Below are positions 9,451 to 19,870 of a stretch of 64,000 nucleotides of DNA, in pieces. Source of the stretch: Deltaproteobacteria bacterium (GTDB lineage Bacteria > Myxococcota_A > Polyangia > Fen-1088); the NCBI GenBank assembly GCA_033763315.1, contig JANRKS010000011.1, forward strand, positions 1-64,000, in the 5' to 3' direction. Every line of letters starts with the position of its first letter. The first letter of the stretch is position 1. The position numbers were made by a program, and so were the translations under genes. Under the pieces are notes generated by a model that was not told where the DNA came from, ran no database searches, and was given only the letters and a program-made list of their open reading frames with translations.

Positions 9451-9452
9451 CC

Positions 9453-10856
9453 ATGGGCCCAAAGCGTGCTTCATCGATCTTCGGGCGTCGCCAGCTGATG
9501 GCTTCGGCGGCCGCCCTAACTTCTGCATTTGGTCCCCATGCTTCGCAACGGGCGTGGGGTGTGGAGGCGGCAACGGTGGGGGTGCCGCACCACAAGCCAA
9601 AAGCCAAACGCGTGATTGTGCTTTTCATGGCAGGGGCGCCCAGCCAGCTGGATCTATTTGATTACAAGCCGGCACTCAAAAGGTTCGACGGCACGCTGCC
9701 GCCCAAAGAGCTGCTGCAGGGATACCGGGCGGCTTTCATCAACCCGAAAAGCGCCTTGCTAGCCTCGCGCTTTAACTTCGCCCGCCATGGTAAGTCCGGA
9801 ACGTTCGTCTCTGAGCTGCTACCCCACACGGCCGCGATTGTGGATGAGATCGCCATCATTCGTTCGATGAAGACGGAGGCGTTTAACCACGCGCCCGCGC
9901 AAACAATGATCACCACCGGTTCACAACAGGTGGGCCGGCCTTCGTTGGGTGCATGGACTTTGTTTGCCTTGGGTAGCGAATCGAAAGATTTGCCCGGCTT
10001 CGTTGTATTGCAATCGGGAGACAAGGGCCCAAGCGGTGGAACGGCGATCTCGGGTAGTGGATTTTTGCCGACACTTCATCAGGGCGTGCCCTTTCGTGGC
10101 GGGGCCGAGCCGATTCTGTTCTTGGGTAGCCCGCAGGGCATTGATCAGCGCACGCAGCGCCAAACATTGGATGCCATCGCCACTTTAAACCAAAGTCACC
10201 TGCAGCAAGTGGGCGATCCAGAAATCATAACGCGCATGAACGCGTACGATCTGGCCTATCGCATGCAAGACGCGGCGCCCGAAGCCATCGATCTCAAGCG
10301 CGAGTCACAGGCAACGCTTGAGCTTTATGGCGCCAAACCTGGAGAAACATCCTTTGCCAACAATTGCCTGCTGGCGCGGCGGTTGGTGGAGCGAGGCGTT
10401 CGCTTCGTACAGCTTGTGCACGAAGCTTGGGATCACCACGCGGGGCTCAAGGCTGGGCTTGAGAAACAGTGCCGCCTAACAGACAAAGCGTGCTCCGCGC
10501 TTGTGCTTGATCTGAAGCGGCGTGGTTTGCTGGAGGATACGTTGGTGATTTGGGGCGGCGAATTTGGCCGTACGCCGATGGTTCAAGGCGGCACCGATGG
10601 GCGCGACCATCACCCCAACGCCTTCACCATGTGGATGGCCGGGGGTGGGGTCAAGCCCGGCGTAAGTCTGGGCGATACTGATGAGCTTGGATTCAACGTG
10701 ACGCGGGATCCGGTGGACGTTCATGATCTTCACGCCACGATCCTTGATTTGCTGGGCCTCGACCACAAACGCTTGACGTTTCGGTTCTCAGGGCGGGATT
10801 ACCGCTTGACCGATGTCGCAGGCAAGGTTGTGCAACAACTTGTTGCCTGGGCCTAG
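9453..10856 (+). CDS. DUF1501 family protein
   Basis: RRQLM Tat-like leader; [47 protein letters not shown]; usual partner of PSD1 proteins. Confidence 0.93.
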   Translation: MGPKRASSIFGRRQLMASAAALTSAFGPHASQRAWGVEAATVGVPHHKPKAKRVIVLFMAGAPSQLDLFDYKPALKRFDGTLPPKELLQGYRAAFINPKSALLASRFNFARHGKSGTFVSELLPHTAAIVDEIAIIRSMKTEAFNHAPAQTMITTGSQQVGRPSLGAWTLFALGSESKDLPGFVVLQSGDKGPSGGTAISGSGFLPTLHQGVPFRGGAEPILFLGSPQGIDQRTQRQTLDAIATLNQSHLQQVGDPEIITRMNAYDLAYRMQDAAPEAIDLKRESQATLELYGAKPGETSFANNCLLARRLVERGVRFVQLVHEAWDHHAGLKAGLEKQCRLTDKACSALVLDLKRRGLLEDTLVIWGGEFGRTPMVQGGTDGRDHHPNAFTMWMAGGGVKPGVSLGDTDELGFNVTRDPVDVHDLHATILDLLGLDHKRLTFRFSGRDYRLTDVAGKVVQQLVAWA

Positions 10857-13045
10857 GGTGGGCCGCACAACGTGTATCGCGAAGACAGCTTCGCATCGGA
10901 TTCCGCAACAAGAACGACGTCGAACACACCGCGAAGATTCTTGGGCAGCGGCACAGCCAAGGTGGGACCAGGAACATTGGTGTTTGCGCTCGTGGCCGGG
11001 GCATCCCATGTGCCCACCAACAGGGGCGGCTCTCCTGCGACTTTGATGAATACCTCCACGCGTTGTTCGGCCAGCGGCGTGGGGGCGTCGTGTAGCAGGG
11101 TGAGCTTCAACGCCAACGTTTCTTCGGGCAACCAGCGGAATCTGGGGATCTGCGCGGAGAAGAGCGAGGGGCGGCATGCGTCTCCGATGGCGTGCAGAGC
11201 AGGCTTGGCTTGTGCGGGCCACGAAACCACGCTGTTGTTGGCGGCCGTGGGCCACGGCTCGTTGTAGCACCAATTCAAAGCCATAGATGCGTAAGGCTTT
11301 TGGCGGCGTGCCTCTTCGAACAAGCACTTATAGCCCTCGCTTTGCAACAGCTGGCCACGCTGCACCAGCTGCTCAAGATTCTGGGTGGGGCCGAAGTATT
11401 CATCCAGCAGGCCCACAAACAGCCACGATTCCGGCGCCACGAACCAAGCGTCGAATGCATGGTGTGTTTGCCAACTGGTGCCGCGGCGCGGGGGATACAG
11501 TTCGTCGAGGGGAATGAACGACGAAAGCGTTTGCACGGAAGCGGGGCCGGGCACACCGAACTCTGTGTACGCGGTGTGCTTTGCTGCAGAAAACATCGCG
11601 AACACTTCTTTGCCATGCTCATCACGGAACCGGTAATCGCCATGGCCCACGCCCATGACGGGTGACGTGGGCAGGTAAGGCGTGAGCGGATCCAGTTCCA
11701 GGCAGTTGGCGTTAAGCAGGCGCAGCGCCAAGTGTTGATCCGTCATGGCGGACCACCAATTGAACAATTCGTTGCCGCCACACCACATCGCCAGGCAGGC
11801 GTGTTGGCGCAGCTTCTTAATGATGGAGCGCGACTCCTGGTTCAAGACCGTCAGGTATCGCTCGTCATCCTCGTAGGTGTTGCACGACAGCGGGAACTCT
11901 TGCCACACCATGATGCCGAGTTCATCGCACAGGTCATAGAAGGATGTTTTGTTGATGGCCGCGCCACCCCAGCAACGCAGAATATTGAAGTGCGCGTTGT
12001 GCGCTTGATGCAGCAAGGCCGCATAATGGTCGCGCGTTAAGGTGCCAGGAAAGATATCGGGGCACACCCAATTGGAGCCCTTGGCGAACACGCGGCGGCC
12101 ATTTAACTCGAGCGTCATCGGAGGCACGCTGCGGGTTTTGGGAAACGTGCTGGGCTCGTCCCACGCGCCTTCATTCATGACCAAGCGCACACGCCGGACA
12201 CCGAACCGCTTCGTGGTTTGCTCGATGCATTTCCCTTCGTCATCGAGGAGGCTCACGGTGCTTTGATAGAGATGGGCTTCACCTTGGCCGTTGCACCACC
12301 ATAGGCGCGGTTGGTGCAAAGTGGCGGTCAACACCGTCGTTGTTGTTGGCAGCGCCACCACCTGGCTGATCACTGTGACGCCGCTTTGATCTTGAACGTG
12401 CCATTGCAGTTGGTGGCCATCCCGAACGCCCTGTGTTTGCACCTCGCAAGCAACAACGGCTTGGTTGTTCTGCACGTCAAGGGTTGCTTTGATCTCCACA
12501 CCAGTGAGGGCGGCGGCGTCTTTAAGCTCCAGATACGTTTCGTCCCACACACCCAGCGGAATGAGGCGTGGGTGAAAGTCCCAACCGTAAGACACGGCTG
12601 GCTTTACAGATCGTGAGGCCTCGGCCTTCGGTCGATGTGCTTTGGGATACTTGGGCACAGGGCGCAGCGCGATCGTGAGTTCAGTGCCCGCGGCCAAGGC
12701 CGACACGTCAAGCTGAACCGGGGTGAACATGCCTTCCTGCTCAAGCAAAACGGCGCCGTTGGCGGATATCTGAAAATGGTAATCGATGCCTTGGCACACG
12801 AAGAACACTTGCTGCCCCGGCTGGCGATCCACGTAGGGCAACCGGCAGCGGTAAAGCCAGTGCTTGTTCTCCATCCAGGCGTAGGCCTCGAAGTTGTTGG
12901 CCTCCCAATGCGGCGGCCAGTTATGGGCCGCGGCCCAATCAAGTTGGACGGCGCCGGGGACGACGGCCGGAACGAACTTCGTGGGTGCTTCCGTGAGTGA
13001 GTCGCGATGGCCTACTTCAAAGCTCAACGGGATTCTGCAACGCAT
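10853..13045 (-). CDS. glycoside hydrolase family 2, beta-mannosidase-like
   Basis: [40 protein letters not shown] motifs; start approximate. Confidence 0.9.
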   Translation of the reverse strand: MRCRIPLSFEVGHRDSLTEAPTKFVPAVVPGAVQLDWAAAHNWPPHWEANNFEAYAWMENKHWLYRCRLPYVDRQPGQQVFFVCQGIDYHFQISANGAVLLEQEGMFTPVQLDVSALAAGTELTIALRPVPKYPKAHRPKAEASRSVKPAVSYGWDFHPRLIPLGVWDETYLELKDAAALTGVEIKATLDVQNNQAVVACEVQTQGVRDGHQLQWHVQDQSGVTVISQVVALPTTTTVLTATLHQPRLWWCNGQGEAHLYQSTVSLLDDEGKCIEQTTKRFGVRRVRLVMNEGAWDEPSTFPKTRSVPPMTLELNGRRVFAKGSNWVCPDIFPGTLTRDHYAALLHQAHNAHFNILRCWGGAAINKTSFYDLCDELGIMVWQEFPLSCNTYEDDERYLTVLNQESRSIIKKLRQHACLAMWCGGNELFNWWSAMTDQHLALRLLNANCLELDPLTPYLPTSPVMGVGHGDYRFRDEHGKEVFAMFSAAKHTAYTEFGVPGPASVQTLSSFIPLDELYPPRRGTSWQTHHAFDAWFVAPESWLFVGLLDEYFGPTQNLEQLVQRGQLLQSEGYKCLFEEARRQKPYASMALNWCYNEPWPTAANNSVVSWPAQAKPALHAIGDACRPSLFSAQIPRFRWLPEETLALKLTLLHDAPTPLAEQRVEVFIKVAGEPPLLVGTWDAPATSANTNVPGPTLAVPLPKNLRGVFDVVLVAESDAKLSSRYTLCGPP

Positions 13046-13131
13046 GGCCGCAAGCGTGTCAGCCGGGCAATCCACCGCAAAGTTGACATTGTGCTTTAGG
13101 CGATGCCGTGTGGAACTTCAGCAGTTTTGTG

Positions 13132-13782
13132 TCACTTGCGTCGCTCGGGCAGCTCGATGATTCCGCGTTGCAAGGCGATGGTGACCGCATGGGTGCGATC
13201 TGTGGCCCCCAGCTTTGCGAACACGTTGGACAGGTGATTTTTCACTGTCTTTTCGGCAACGCCCAAAGAGGCAGCGATGTCCGCGTTCGATTGGCCTTCT
13301 GAGACGGCTTCTAACACTTCGACCTCACGCAGGGTCAGGTCAGGTGACAGGGCGCGCGAGGCGAGCGCCGTTGCGGCTGCTGGAGAAAGGAACCTCTGGC
13401 CATGGGCCACGGCACGTATCGCCGCCAGGAGTTCGGAGGCGGGCGCCGACTTGAGCACGTAACCGCGGGCGCCGGCGGCGAGGGAGGCCTCGATCGCCTT
13501 ATCCCCGTCCGCGCTTGACAGCATCAACACCAAGACGTCTGGAAACTTCTCGCGCAACACCTGCACGGCAGTGAGGCCGTCCATCTGCGGCAAGCGCAGA
13601 TCCATCAACGCGATCTGCGGACGATGAAGAGCCACGGCTTCAAGGCCCGCGCGTGCGGTCGCGGCGGTGGCCACAACCTTCATGTCGTCTTGCGAAGCAA
13701 TGATTGCCGTGAGGCCATCCCGCACCACTGCGTGATCATCGACCAGAACCACGGTGATGAATGTGTTGTTCGCAGAGTTCAT
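13132..13782 (-). CDS. NarL/LuxR-family response regulator
   Basis: VDDH, MDLRLP, GYVLK receiver; LTLREVEVL...TVKNHLSN HTH. Confidence 0.95.
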   Translation of the reverse strand: MNSANNTFITVVLVDDHAVVRDGLTAIIASQDDMKVVATAATARAGLEAVALHRPQIALMDLRLPQMDGLTAVQVLREKFPDVLVLMLSSADGDKAIEASLAAGARGYVLKSAPASELLAAIRAVAHGQRFLSPAAATALASRALSPDLTLREVEVLEAVSEGQSNADIAASLGVAEKTVKNHLSNVFAKLGATDRTHAVTIALQRGIIELPERRK

Positions 13783-13942
13783 CCAGGTATCACTTAAGCA
13801 CAGATGTCAACGCGCACACTACGCATTCGTCGTTAGGTCTAAAGTCCCAACTTTCTCGCTGGATGTCTAGCGTTAACATCTTGTCGCCGCTCGCAAGGGC
13901 ATTCGCGATTGTCAGAAGTCGTGTCTTGTGTTTTCTAAACGT

Positions 13943-16180
13943 ATGCATCGCCGTGCCTTCCTTCGTTCTGCTTCGGTTGTTCCTGCTTTAAGCCTGCCGC
14001 TGGCCGCGCGCGCCGGTCAGAGGGATAACAAGAAACGCTTCGCGCATCTGCCCAAGGCCCCCGACGCTGCCTTTACACTGGGCGTGCAGTATTACCGCGC
14101 GCCGTTCCCTGAACAGCAACATTGGGAAAGCGACATCGCGCGCATGAAAGACGCGGGGCTCAACACGGTGCAGCTGTGGGTGATGTGGCCCTGGGTGGAG
14201 GCGCAACCCGGCAAGTTTGTGTTCGATGATTACGACCGCCTGGTGGAGCTGGTGGCGAAGAACGGCCTGGGCTTGGTGGTCAGCACGATCGCGGAGGTTC
14301 ATCCGCATTGGATCCACAAGGTTGTACCGGGCAGCGAAATGATCGATCACATGGGTATCAAGGTGATCTCCTCCAACCGCGCCGAGTCACACTTTGGCCT
14401 GACGCCGGGAGGATGCTTTGATAACCCCGGCGTGTGGCAACACCAGCGCCGGTTCATCGAAACCGTGGTTGGCCGCTACCGGCACGCGCCCCACCTTCGC
14501 GCTTGGGACATTTGGAATGAAACGCGGTGGAACGTCCAGTCCGAAAACTTCGTGTGCTTTTGCCCGCACACGCTCAAAGCGTTTCGTGCGTGGCTGGACA
14601 AACGATATGGGGGCCTGCCGGGCCTCAACGAAGCCTGGAAGCGCCGCTACGGCCGCTGGGACGAAGTGATGCCCGGTAAGTTGCCACAACGAACGTACAC
14701 GGAAATGATGGCCTGGACGCACTTTATAACCGAGCGATCAAACAACCACGCGAGTGCGCGCTATGCGCTGTTTAAGAAGCTTGATAAAGACCACCCAGCC
14801 ACGTTGCACGGACCTTCACCCTGCGAAACTCATCAAGGCAAGGCTGCATCGTTTGGTTATCCGCTGGATCGCGGCAACGATTTCGCGTTTGCGGACGTGG
14901 TTGATGGCGTGGGCTCGTCTGTGTTTCCCACGTGGTGGCAAATGGACGACACGGAGCTGGCCGTGTTTGCCACGCACGTGAAGTCGGCGGCGCGCGGTAA
15001 ACAAGCGTGGTTTAGCGAAGTGCAGGGCGGCCGTGCCTCTCAAGGGGCAGAGCCTCACGAGCCTGTGACGCCCGCGGATCAACAGAAGTGGATCTGGGGC
15101 GCCATTGCCGGAGGCATCGATACCGTGCTGTTCTGGTGTTGGCGAGATGAGATCTTCGGCGGCGAATCAGGCGGCTATGGCTTGGTGGGCAACGACGGCC
15201 AGGCCGATCATCGGTTGCAGGCGATGCGTAAAACGTCGGGCTTGTTGGCGCGCCACAAGGATCTGATCAGGGCCTATCAGCCAACGACACCGAAAGTGGG
15301 CGTGTTCTTCTCGCCCCAAAGCTTCTACCTGCTTTTCGCACAGACGGGCGCTGGGTACCCCCCACGCCGTGGCATTGGTTACTGCGCGCGCGCGCTGACC
15401 AGAGCATCCATTCCTTGGCGCACGGTGGAAGAAGATCACTTAGATGGCCTTGCGGGGCTTTCCGTGTTGCTGATGCCGCGTGGCCTCGTTACCGACGAGA
15501 AGGTGGAAGCGGCGCTGATGGCGTTTGTGGAGCAAGGGGGAACGTTGGTTGTGGAAGCCGAATGTGGTGCCTACACGCGCCAAGGTTTCTACCATCCGCC
15601 TCAAGAGCGCTTCTTGGCCAAGCGTTGTGGCCTGCGCGAAGTTGGACGGCGATCCTTGCCCAAAGGCAATCAAATCACTGTTAAACTCAACGGCCACGAC
15701 TATGTTTTGCCCGTGGAACAGTGGCTCGCGCCACTTGATCGCAGTGGCTTACCGGCTGGCGCGACGGTCTTGTGTGACAGCGCCGACGGTCCCCTGGTGA
15801 CCGACACTAAGGTTGGCCGTGGCCGCGTGATTCACATCGGTGCCTATGTGGCGGAAGCCCAGCGTGACAATTGGACGCAGGCGTTTGAAGATTTCGTGGC
15901 GCACGTGGTGGCGTCTACCGGCGTGGTGGCTGACGCCGAAGTGGTCGCACCCGTGTCGTCGCGAACCACCCGGGTGATTGTGCGCAGCGGTCGATCGGGC
16001 AACGCGGCTTTGGTGTTTGTGTTGGGCCCTCCGAACACCGAGTTCAAGCTGTCATTTCGCGATGGCCTGTTTAGCGGCGCAGAAGCGCACGACATCATCT
16101 CAGACCGGCCGCTGCGCTTACAGGGCCGTTTGTTGACGCTGCCGCTTTCACCTTGGGGATTGCACGTGCTTCGCGGCTAG
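13943..16180 (+). CDS. GH42-like beta-galactosidase with Tat signal
   Basis: MHRRAFLRS leader; GVQYYR, WNE (acid/base), SEVQGG (nucleophile), trimerisation-type C-terminal domain. Confidence 0.85.
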   Translation: MHRRAFLRSASVVPALSLPLAARAGQRDNKKRFAHLPKAPDAAFTLGVQYYRAPFPEQQHWESDIARMKDAGLNTVQLWVMWPWVEAQPGKFVFDDYDRLVELVAKNGLGLVVSTIAEVHPHWIHKVVPGSEMIDHMGIKVISSNRAESHFGLTPGGCFDNPGVWQHQRRFIETVVGRYRHAPHLRAWDIWNETRWNVQSENFVCFCPHTLKAFRAWLDKRYGGLPGLNEAWKRRYGRWDEVMPGKLPQRTYTEMMAWTHFITERSNNHASARYALFKKLDKDHPATLHGPSPCETHQGKAASFGYPLDRGNDFAFADVVDGVGSSVFPTWWQMDDTELAVFATHVKSAARGKQAWFSEVQGGRASQGAEPHEPVTPADQQKWIWGAIAGGIDTVLFWCWRDEIFGGESGGYGLVGNDGQADHRLQAMRKTSGLLARHKDLIRAYQPTTPKVGVFFSPQSFYLLFAQTGAGYPPRRGIGYCARALTRASIPWRTVEEDHLDGLAGLSVLLMPRGLVTDEKVEAALMAFVEQGGTLVVEAECGAYTRQGFYHPPQERFLAKRCGLREVGRRSLPKGNQITVKLNGHDYVLPVEQWLAPLDRSGLPAGATVLCDSADGPLVTDTKVGRGRVIHIGAYVAEAQRDNWTQAFEDFVAHVVASTGVVADAEVVAPVSSRTTRVIVRSGRSGNAALVFVLGPPNTEFKLSFRDGLFSGAEAHDIISDRPLRLQGRLLTLPLSPWGLHVLRG

Positions 16181-16209
16181 GGCCATCGCGCGAAGGCGAT
16201 CGCCTGCCC

Positions 16210-17760
16210 TTACGTCATGAGCAAGGGAAGGGCTGCGCTGGCATCGTTGTAGTGGCGAGATGTGGCGACAGAGCTGCCGAAGTGATCTTTATAGCGGTTG
16301 TCGTTGCCAATATACGGGATGCCGTAACCTTGATGCCCCCAAAGCTCAAACTCAGGCCGAGCCACACCCATCACCGTCAGCACGTTGGCGAGCCACCGCG
16401 TGTAAAGCACACCAAATATTTGCTTATAGCCGGTACCGCCTGCGTCGAACGACGACTTCGGGTTCTCGTGGCGGCGGTAGTCCAGGTATTGCCCTGTTTT
16501 GATCTTGCCTGCGCCCGATCCGAAGGTGACCACCGGTATCGAGGCCTGCTCGTGCGTGACCATGCCGCACTCCTGGGTCCACACCAACAAAGTGTTGTCG
16601 AGGTACGTGCGGCCCTCGGCTTCCTCTACGTCAAGGCGCTTGGCGAGGTTCACGAGAACGTCTTCGAAGAATTTCTGGTACGACTGCACGAGTAGTGCCT
16701 GCTGGGTTGGCGTTGACCATTGGTGCGCCACATCGTTGTGCCACGAGCCGGACGTGTAAGAGAGCATGCGCGCGGTTTCGCCCACACCCCAGGTGGCGAT
16801 GCGCGTGCTGCCACACATGAAGGCGGCCGCGATCACATCGCAGATGAGGTTCGCTTGCGCCAGCGCGTCGGCCGCGGTGCCACCGCCGTGTTTGTTCGCG
16901 TCGTCGGTGGGGCGGTTCACGTTGCTGCACGCGGCGGCGGGCTGGGCCGATAGCTTGCGCTCAAGTTCGTCGATGCGTGCGATGTGGTCATCAAGCCGCT
17001 GTTTGTCGCTGCCCGACAATCGCTTGCTGCCGTTGCGCATTTGTTTGTAGCTTTCCAAAACGCGGTCCACAACGCGCTTGCGGCTTGGATCATCGGCGTT
17101 GGGTACGGCAAAGATGCGATCAAAAACGGCCTGCGTGCTCACCGAGCCGCGCAAGGCTTGGATGCCACCTGTGCGCGTTTGCGGGCTTGAGAATGAGTAG
17201 GAAATCGTGCTGCCGCCAAATAGGATTGAGCGCTCCCGAATGCCGCTGAGGTCGGGGTAAAATGAACGTGACCATGCCATGATCTGATCGATCGTGGGCC
17301 GGGGGTTGGTTTGAATGACCGAGCCATCGGCGCCGTTGCCGTCGTTGCGCGCAAAATTACCCAGGTGCCCACCTGAGTGGTGGCCCAGGTAATACGGCAC
17401 ATCGAGGCCGGCAATGACATTCATCTTGCGCAGCAAGGCCGGTGTCAGTGTGCCGCTTGAGGCTTGCAAGATGGTGGATAGGACCGTCTTTCCGCTTTCA
17501 CTGGTGGGCACCAGCGGTCCGGCTTTTGCGGCGTGGTCTGCGTAGACATCAGCCTTTTGTGTCAGCAACGATTGCTTGGGGAAGAAGCTGGTTTCGAAGG
17601 CCCCACCATGATCGGTGGTTAACCACACCAAGCGCGGGCGTACAGGGGCGGCGGCGAATGCCTTTGGTGTCAATGACGGCAAGAGCGGAAGAGCCAGCGA
17701 AAACCCGCCTGCACCTCGCAGAAACTGGCGCCTGGGAGCACTAACTTTGTGTTGTGGCAT
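16210..17760 (-). CDS. DUF1552 family protein (Tat)
   Basis: RRQFLRGAGG..LALPLLPSL; PTIDQ; DKQRLDDH; YLDNTL. Confidence 0.88.
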   Translation of the reverse strand: MPQHKVSAPRRQFLRGAGGFSLALPLLPSLTPKAFAAAPVRPRLVWLTTDHGGAFETSFFPKQSLLTQKADVYADHAAKAGPLVPTSESGKTVLSTILQASSGTLTPALLRKMNVIAGLDVPYYLGHHSGGHLGNFARNDGNGADGSVIQTNPRPTIDQIMAWSRSFYPDLSGIRERSILFGGSTISYSFSSPQTRTGGIQALRGSVSTQAVFDRIFAVPNADDPSRKRVVDRVLESYKQMRNGSKRLSGSDKQRLDDHIARIDELERKLSAQPAAACSNVNRPTDDANKHGGGTAADALAQANLICDVIAAAFMCGSTRIATWGVGETARMLSYTSGSWHNDVAHQWSTPTQQALLVQSYQKFFEDVLVNLAKRLDVEEAEGRTYLDNTLLVWTQECGMVTHEQASIPVVTFGSGAGKIKTGQYLDYRRHENPKSSFDAGGTGYKQIFGVLYTRWLANVLTVMGVARPEFELWGHQGYGIPYIGNDNRYKDHFGSSVATSRHYNDASAALPLLMT

Positions 17761-17778
17761 AACGTTTCCTTCGAAGAA

Positions 17779-19662
17779 TTAGGGGGCGAACGTGCGTTGG
17801 GCGAAAGGCGCGGTCATGGCCATTTCACGAAACACATCTATCAAAGGTTTGGTTTCTGCCGCTTTCCTGACGCGTTCAAGAACGCAGCCGTCGATGGGGG
17901 ACACTTCGTCGGTGTCTGTGAGGGTTTCCCACCGCGCGAAAGTGAACCGAAACAGATGACGTGCAAAGCAGGCGTTGGCCTTTTTGCTTTCGACGATGAA
18001 TTTGGCGAGATCGGCGGGCCCGGCTGCCTCGCGTTCATCGCCTTCAGTGATGCGTGGAACCGCCTTGGTGTTGATGGGAAAGCGGCGCACTTCAAGGCCT
18101 GTGTCGCCGCTGTAGAAGATCTCTTCTTTGCGGCTGCGTCCCAGCGAATCGAAGCCCTCTGTGGCGAAACCCAACGCGTTGATTAAGGTGGCGTGGCAGC
18201 TGGCGCAACCAGAGCCCGCTTGTTGTGTGACCCTCTCAACCATGGTGCGGGTGCTTGCCACAGCTTGGGTGATGGTGGCGTTTTGTGCGTTGTTGGGCGG
18301 CGGCGGAATTTCGTCGCACAAGAGGTTGTGACGAATGAACACGCCTTTCATGATGGGGCGCGTGACAACCATCCCTGTGGCTAAAAGGCCAACGCGGGTG
18401 AGCACGCCTGGCCGCGTTCCCGCCGCGAACTTTGGCGGCTCGCCGCTGCCGCTCCACTTGCTCACGCCGTAAAGCCGGGCCACGTCGTCGGTGGTTGCGT
18501 AGGAATGCTCGTCAAGCAGCAAGTCGTCGTAGCCGCCGCTCTTATCCCAGGTCAGGTACCTTGTCATCGCTAGGACGTCTTCGATGACATTTGCGCGTGT
18601 GGTCGCGTTGGGCAGATCCGCGCCAGCGAAGGCGCGATATTTGAACTCTTCTGTTTTGTCGATGAAGGGCAGGTCGTCGAGCTTGAGGTAATCAGCGTAG
18701 AACTCATCAAAGGTGGTGCGGGCGTGCGGATCTTTGAGCATGCGGTCGATTTGTTTGCCGAGCCCCGCTGGCGTTGTGAGCTCGCCGGCGGCGGCGGCAT
18801 CGAACAGCGCCTGGTCGGGCATGGTTTGCCAGAACTGATACGACAACCGGTTGGCCATTTCGTAGCCATCAAGGGCGAACACATTCGCCTTGCCCGGGAT
18901 GGCATCGCTGCCGTGTTCGACCACATAGAGAAACCGTGGGGCCATCAGCATGCCAGCGATAACGTCAGCCACCGCTTTAGCGTTGATGCCCGTGTTTTCA
19001 CCATAAAAGCCCTTGAACCAGGCCGTTTCCGATTCATCCAACGGACGCCTGAAGGCCTTTGCGCCGAAGGATTTCACGAAACCTGCGATGCACGCTTCAT
19101 CATTTCCCGTGTTGGCGTCCGTGGCACATGAGCCCAACAACATGCCTAGGTTCGCGGGCTTCGTCATTTGAGTGGCCACTGCGAAGGCCACCTTATAGGC
19201 GGCTTCAACGTGAAGATCTTGAAGGTCTTGATCCATTCTCCGGTAGGCCCCGTGTTTGTCTTTGGGCACCGGCGGCCGCGCGTCGGCGGGGTATAGGCGG
19301 AGCGGTTCGGCGATCGCGGCCATGATCGCGTTCGCCCCAAGCGAGCTTTGCGTTAGCAAGTCGCGCAAGGTGTTGCGGTACTGCGTGTTGGATAGGCGTC
19401 GCATGCCGACCGAGTGGGGCGCACCGGAGGCGGCGCAGGCAAAACCGTTGGGACCTTCGCCAGGTTCGCTGGGCAACACCGTGTCGCCACCACCCGCCGC
19501 TCCGCCGGCGTCACCGGCCTGTCCTCCCTCAGCGTCTTGCCCGCCATCTCCGCCATTGTTGCGAGGGGCGGCGGTTTGACCACCGCAAGCGGTCAGTGCA
19601 CTCGCCAATCCAATCGTCAGCCACACGCGTCGCGAAACCACAGCATCACATCGTGTCGTCAT
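17779..19662 (-). CDS. DUF1592/DUF1588-type heme-c lipoprotein
   Basis: LTAC lipobox; RRLSNTQYRNTLRDL, AFRRPL, PRFLY, RLSYQFW, CASCH; ATG 19662 preferred. Confidence 0.88.
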   Translation of the reverse strand: MTTRCDAVVSRRVWLTIGLASALTACGGQTAAPRNNGGDGGQDAEGGQAGDAGGAAGGGDTVLPSEPGEGPNGFACAASGAPHSVGMRRLSNTQYRNTLRDLLTQSSLGANAIMAAIAEPLRLYPADARPPVPKDKHGAYRRMDQDLQDLHVEAAYKVAFAVATQMTKPANLGMLLGSCATDANTGNDEACIAGFVKSFGAKAFRRPLDESETAWFKGFYGENTGINAKAVADVIAGMLMAPRFLYVVEHGSDAIPGKANVFALDGYEMANRLSYQFWQTMPDQALFDAAAAGELTTPAGLGKQIDRMLKDPHARTTFDEFYADYLKLDDLPFIDKTEEFKYRAFAGADLPNATTRANVIEDVLAMTRYLTWDKSGGYDDLLLDEHSYATTDDVARLYGVSKWSGSGEPPKFAAGTRPGVLTRVGLLATGMVVTRPIMKGVFIRHNLLCDEIPPPPNNAQNATITQAVASTRTMVERVTQQAGSGCASCHATLINALGFATEGFDSLGRSRKEEIFYSGDTGLEVRRFPINTKAVPRITEGDEREAAGPADLAKFIVESKKANACFARHLFRFTFARWETLTDTDEVSPIDGCVLERVRKAAETKPLIDVFREMAMTAPFAQRTFAP

Positions 19663-19870
19663 GAGCGCTCCCGCAATAGATCTACCTGGCGGCAGTGGTA
19701 CGAAGGCGGCGTTCCCTGACACAACTATGCTTATCGAAGGCGCTTCGCTGAGGGACACCGGCCTGTCCTCTTGGACAGGGAATCACGAGGCCACCCAACG
19801 AGTCTGTCGAAACGCGCAGACAAGCCTGCCATTGCTGTTACTGGACAGGTTCAGCCACGAAGAAGTTCAC

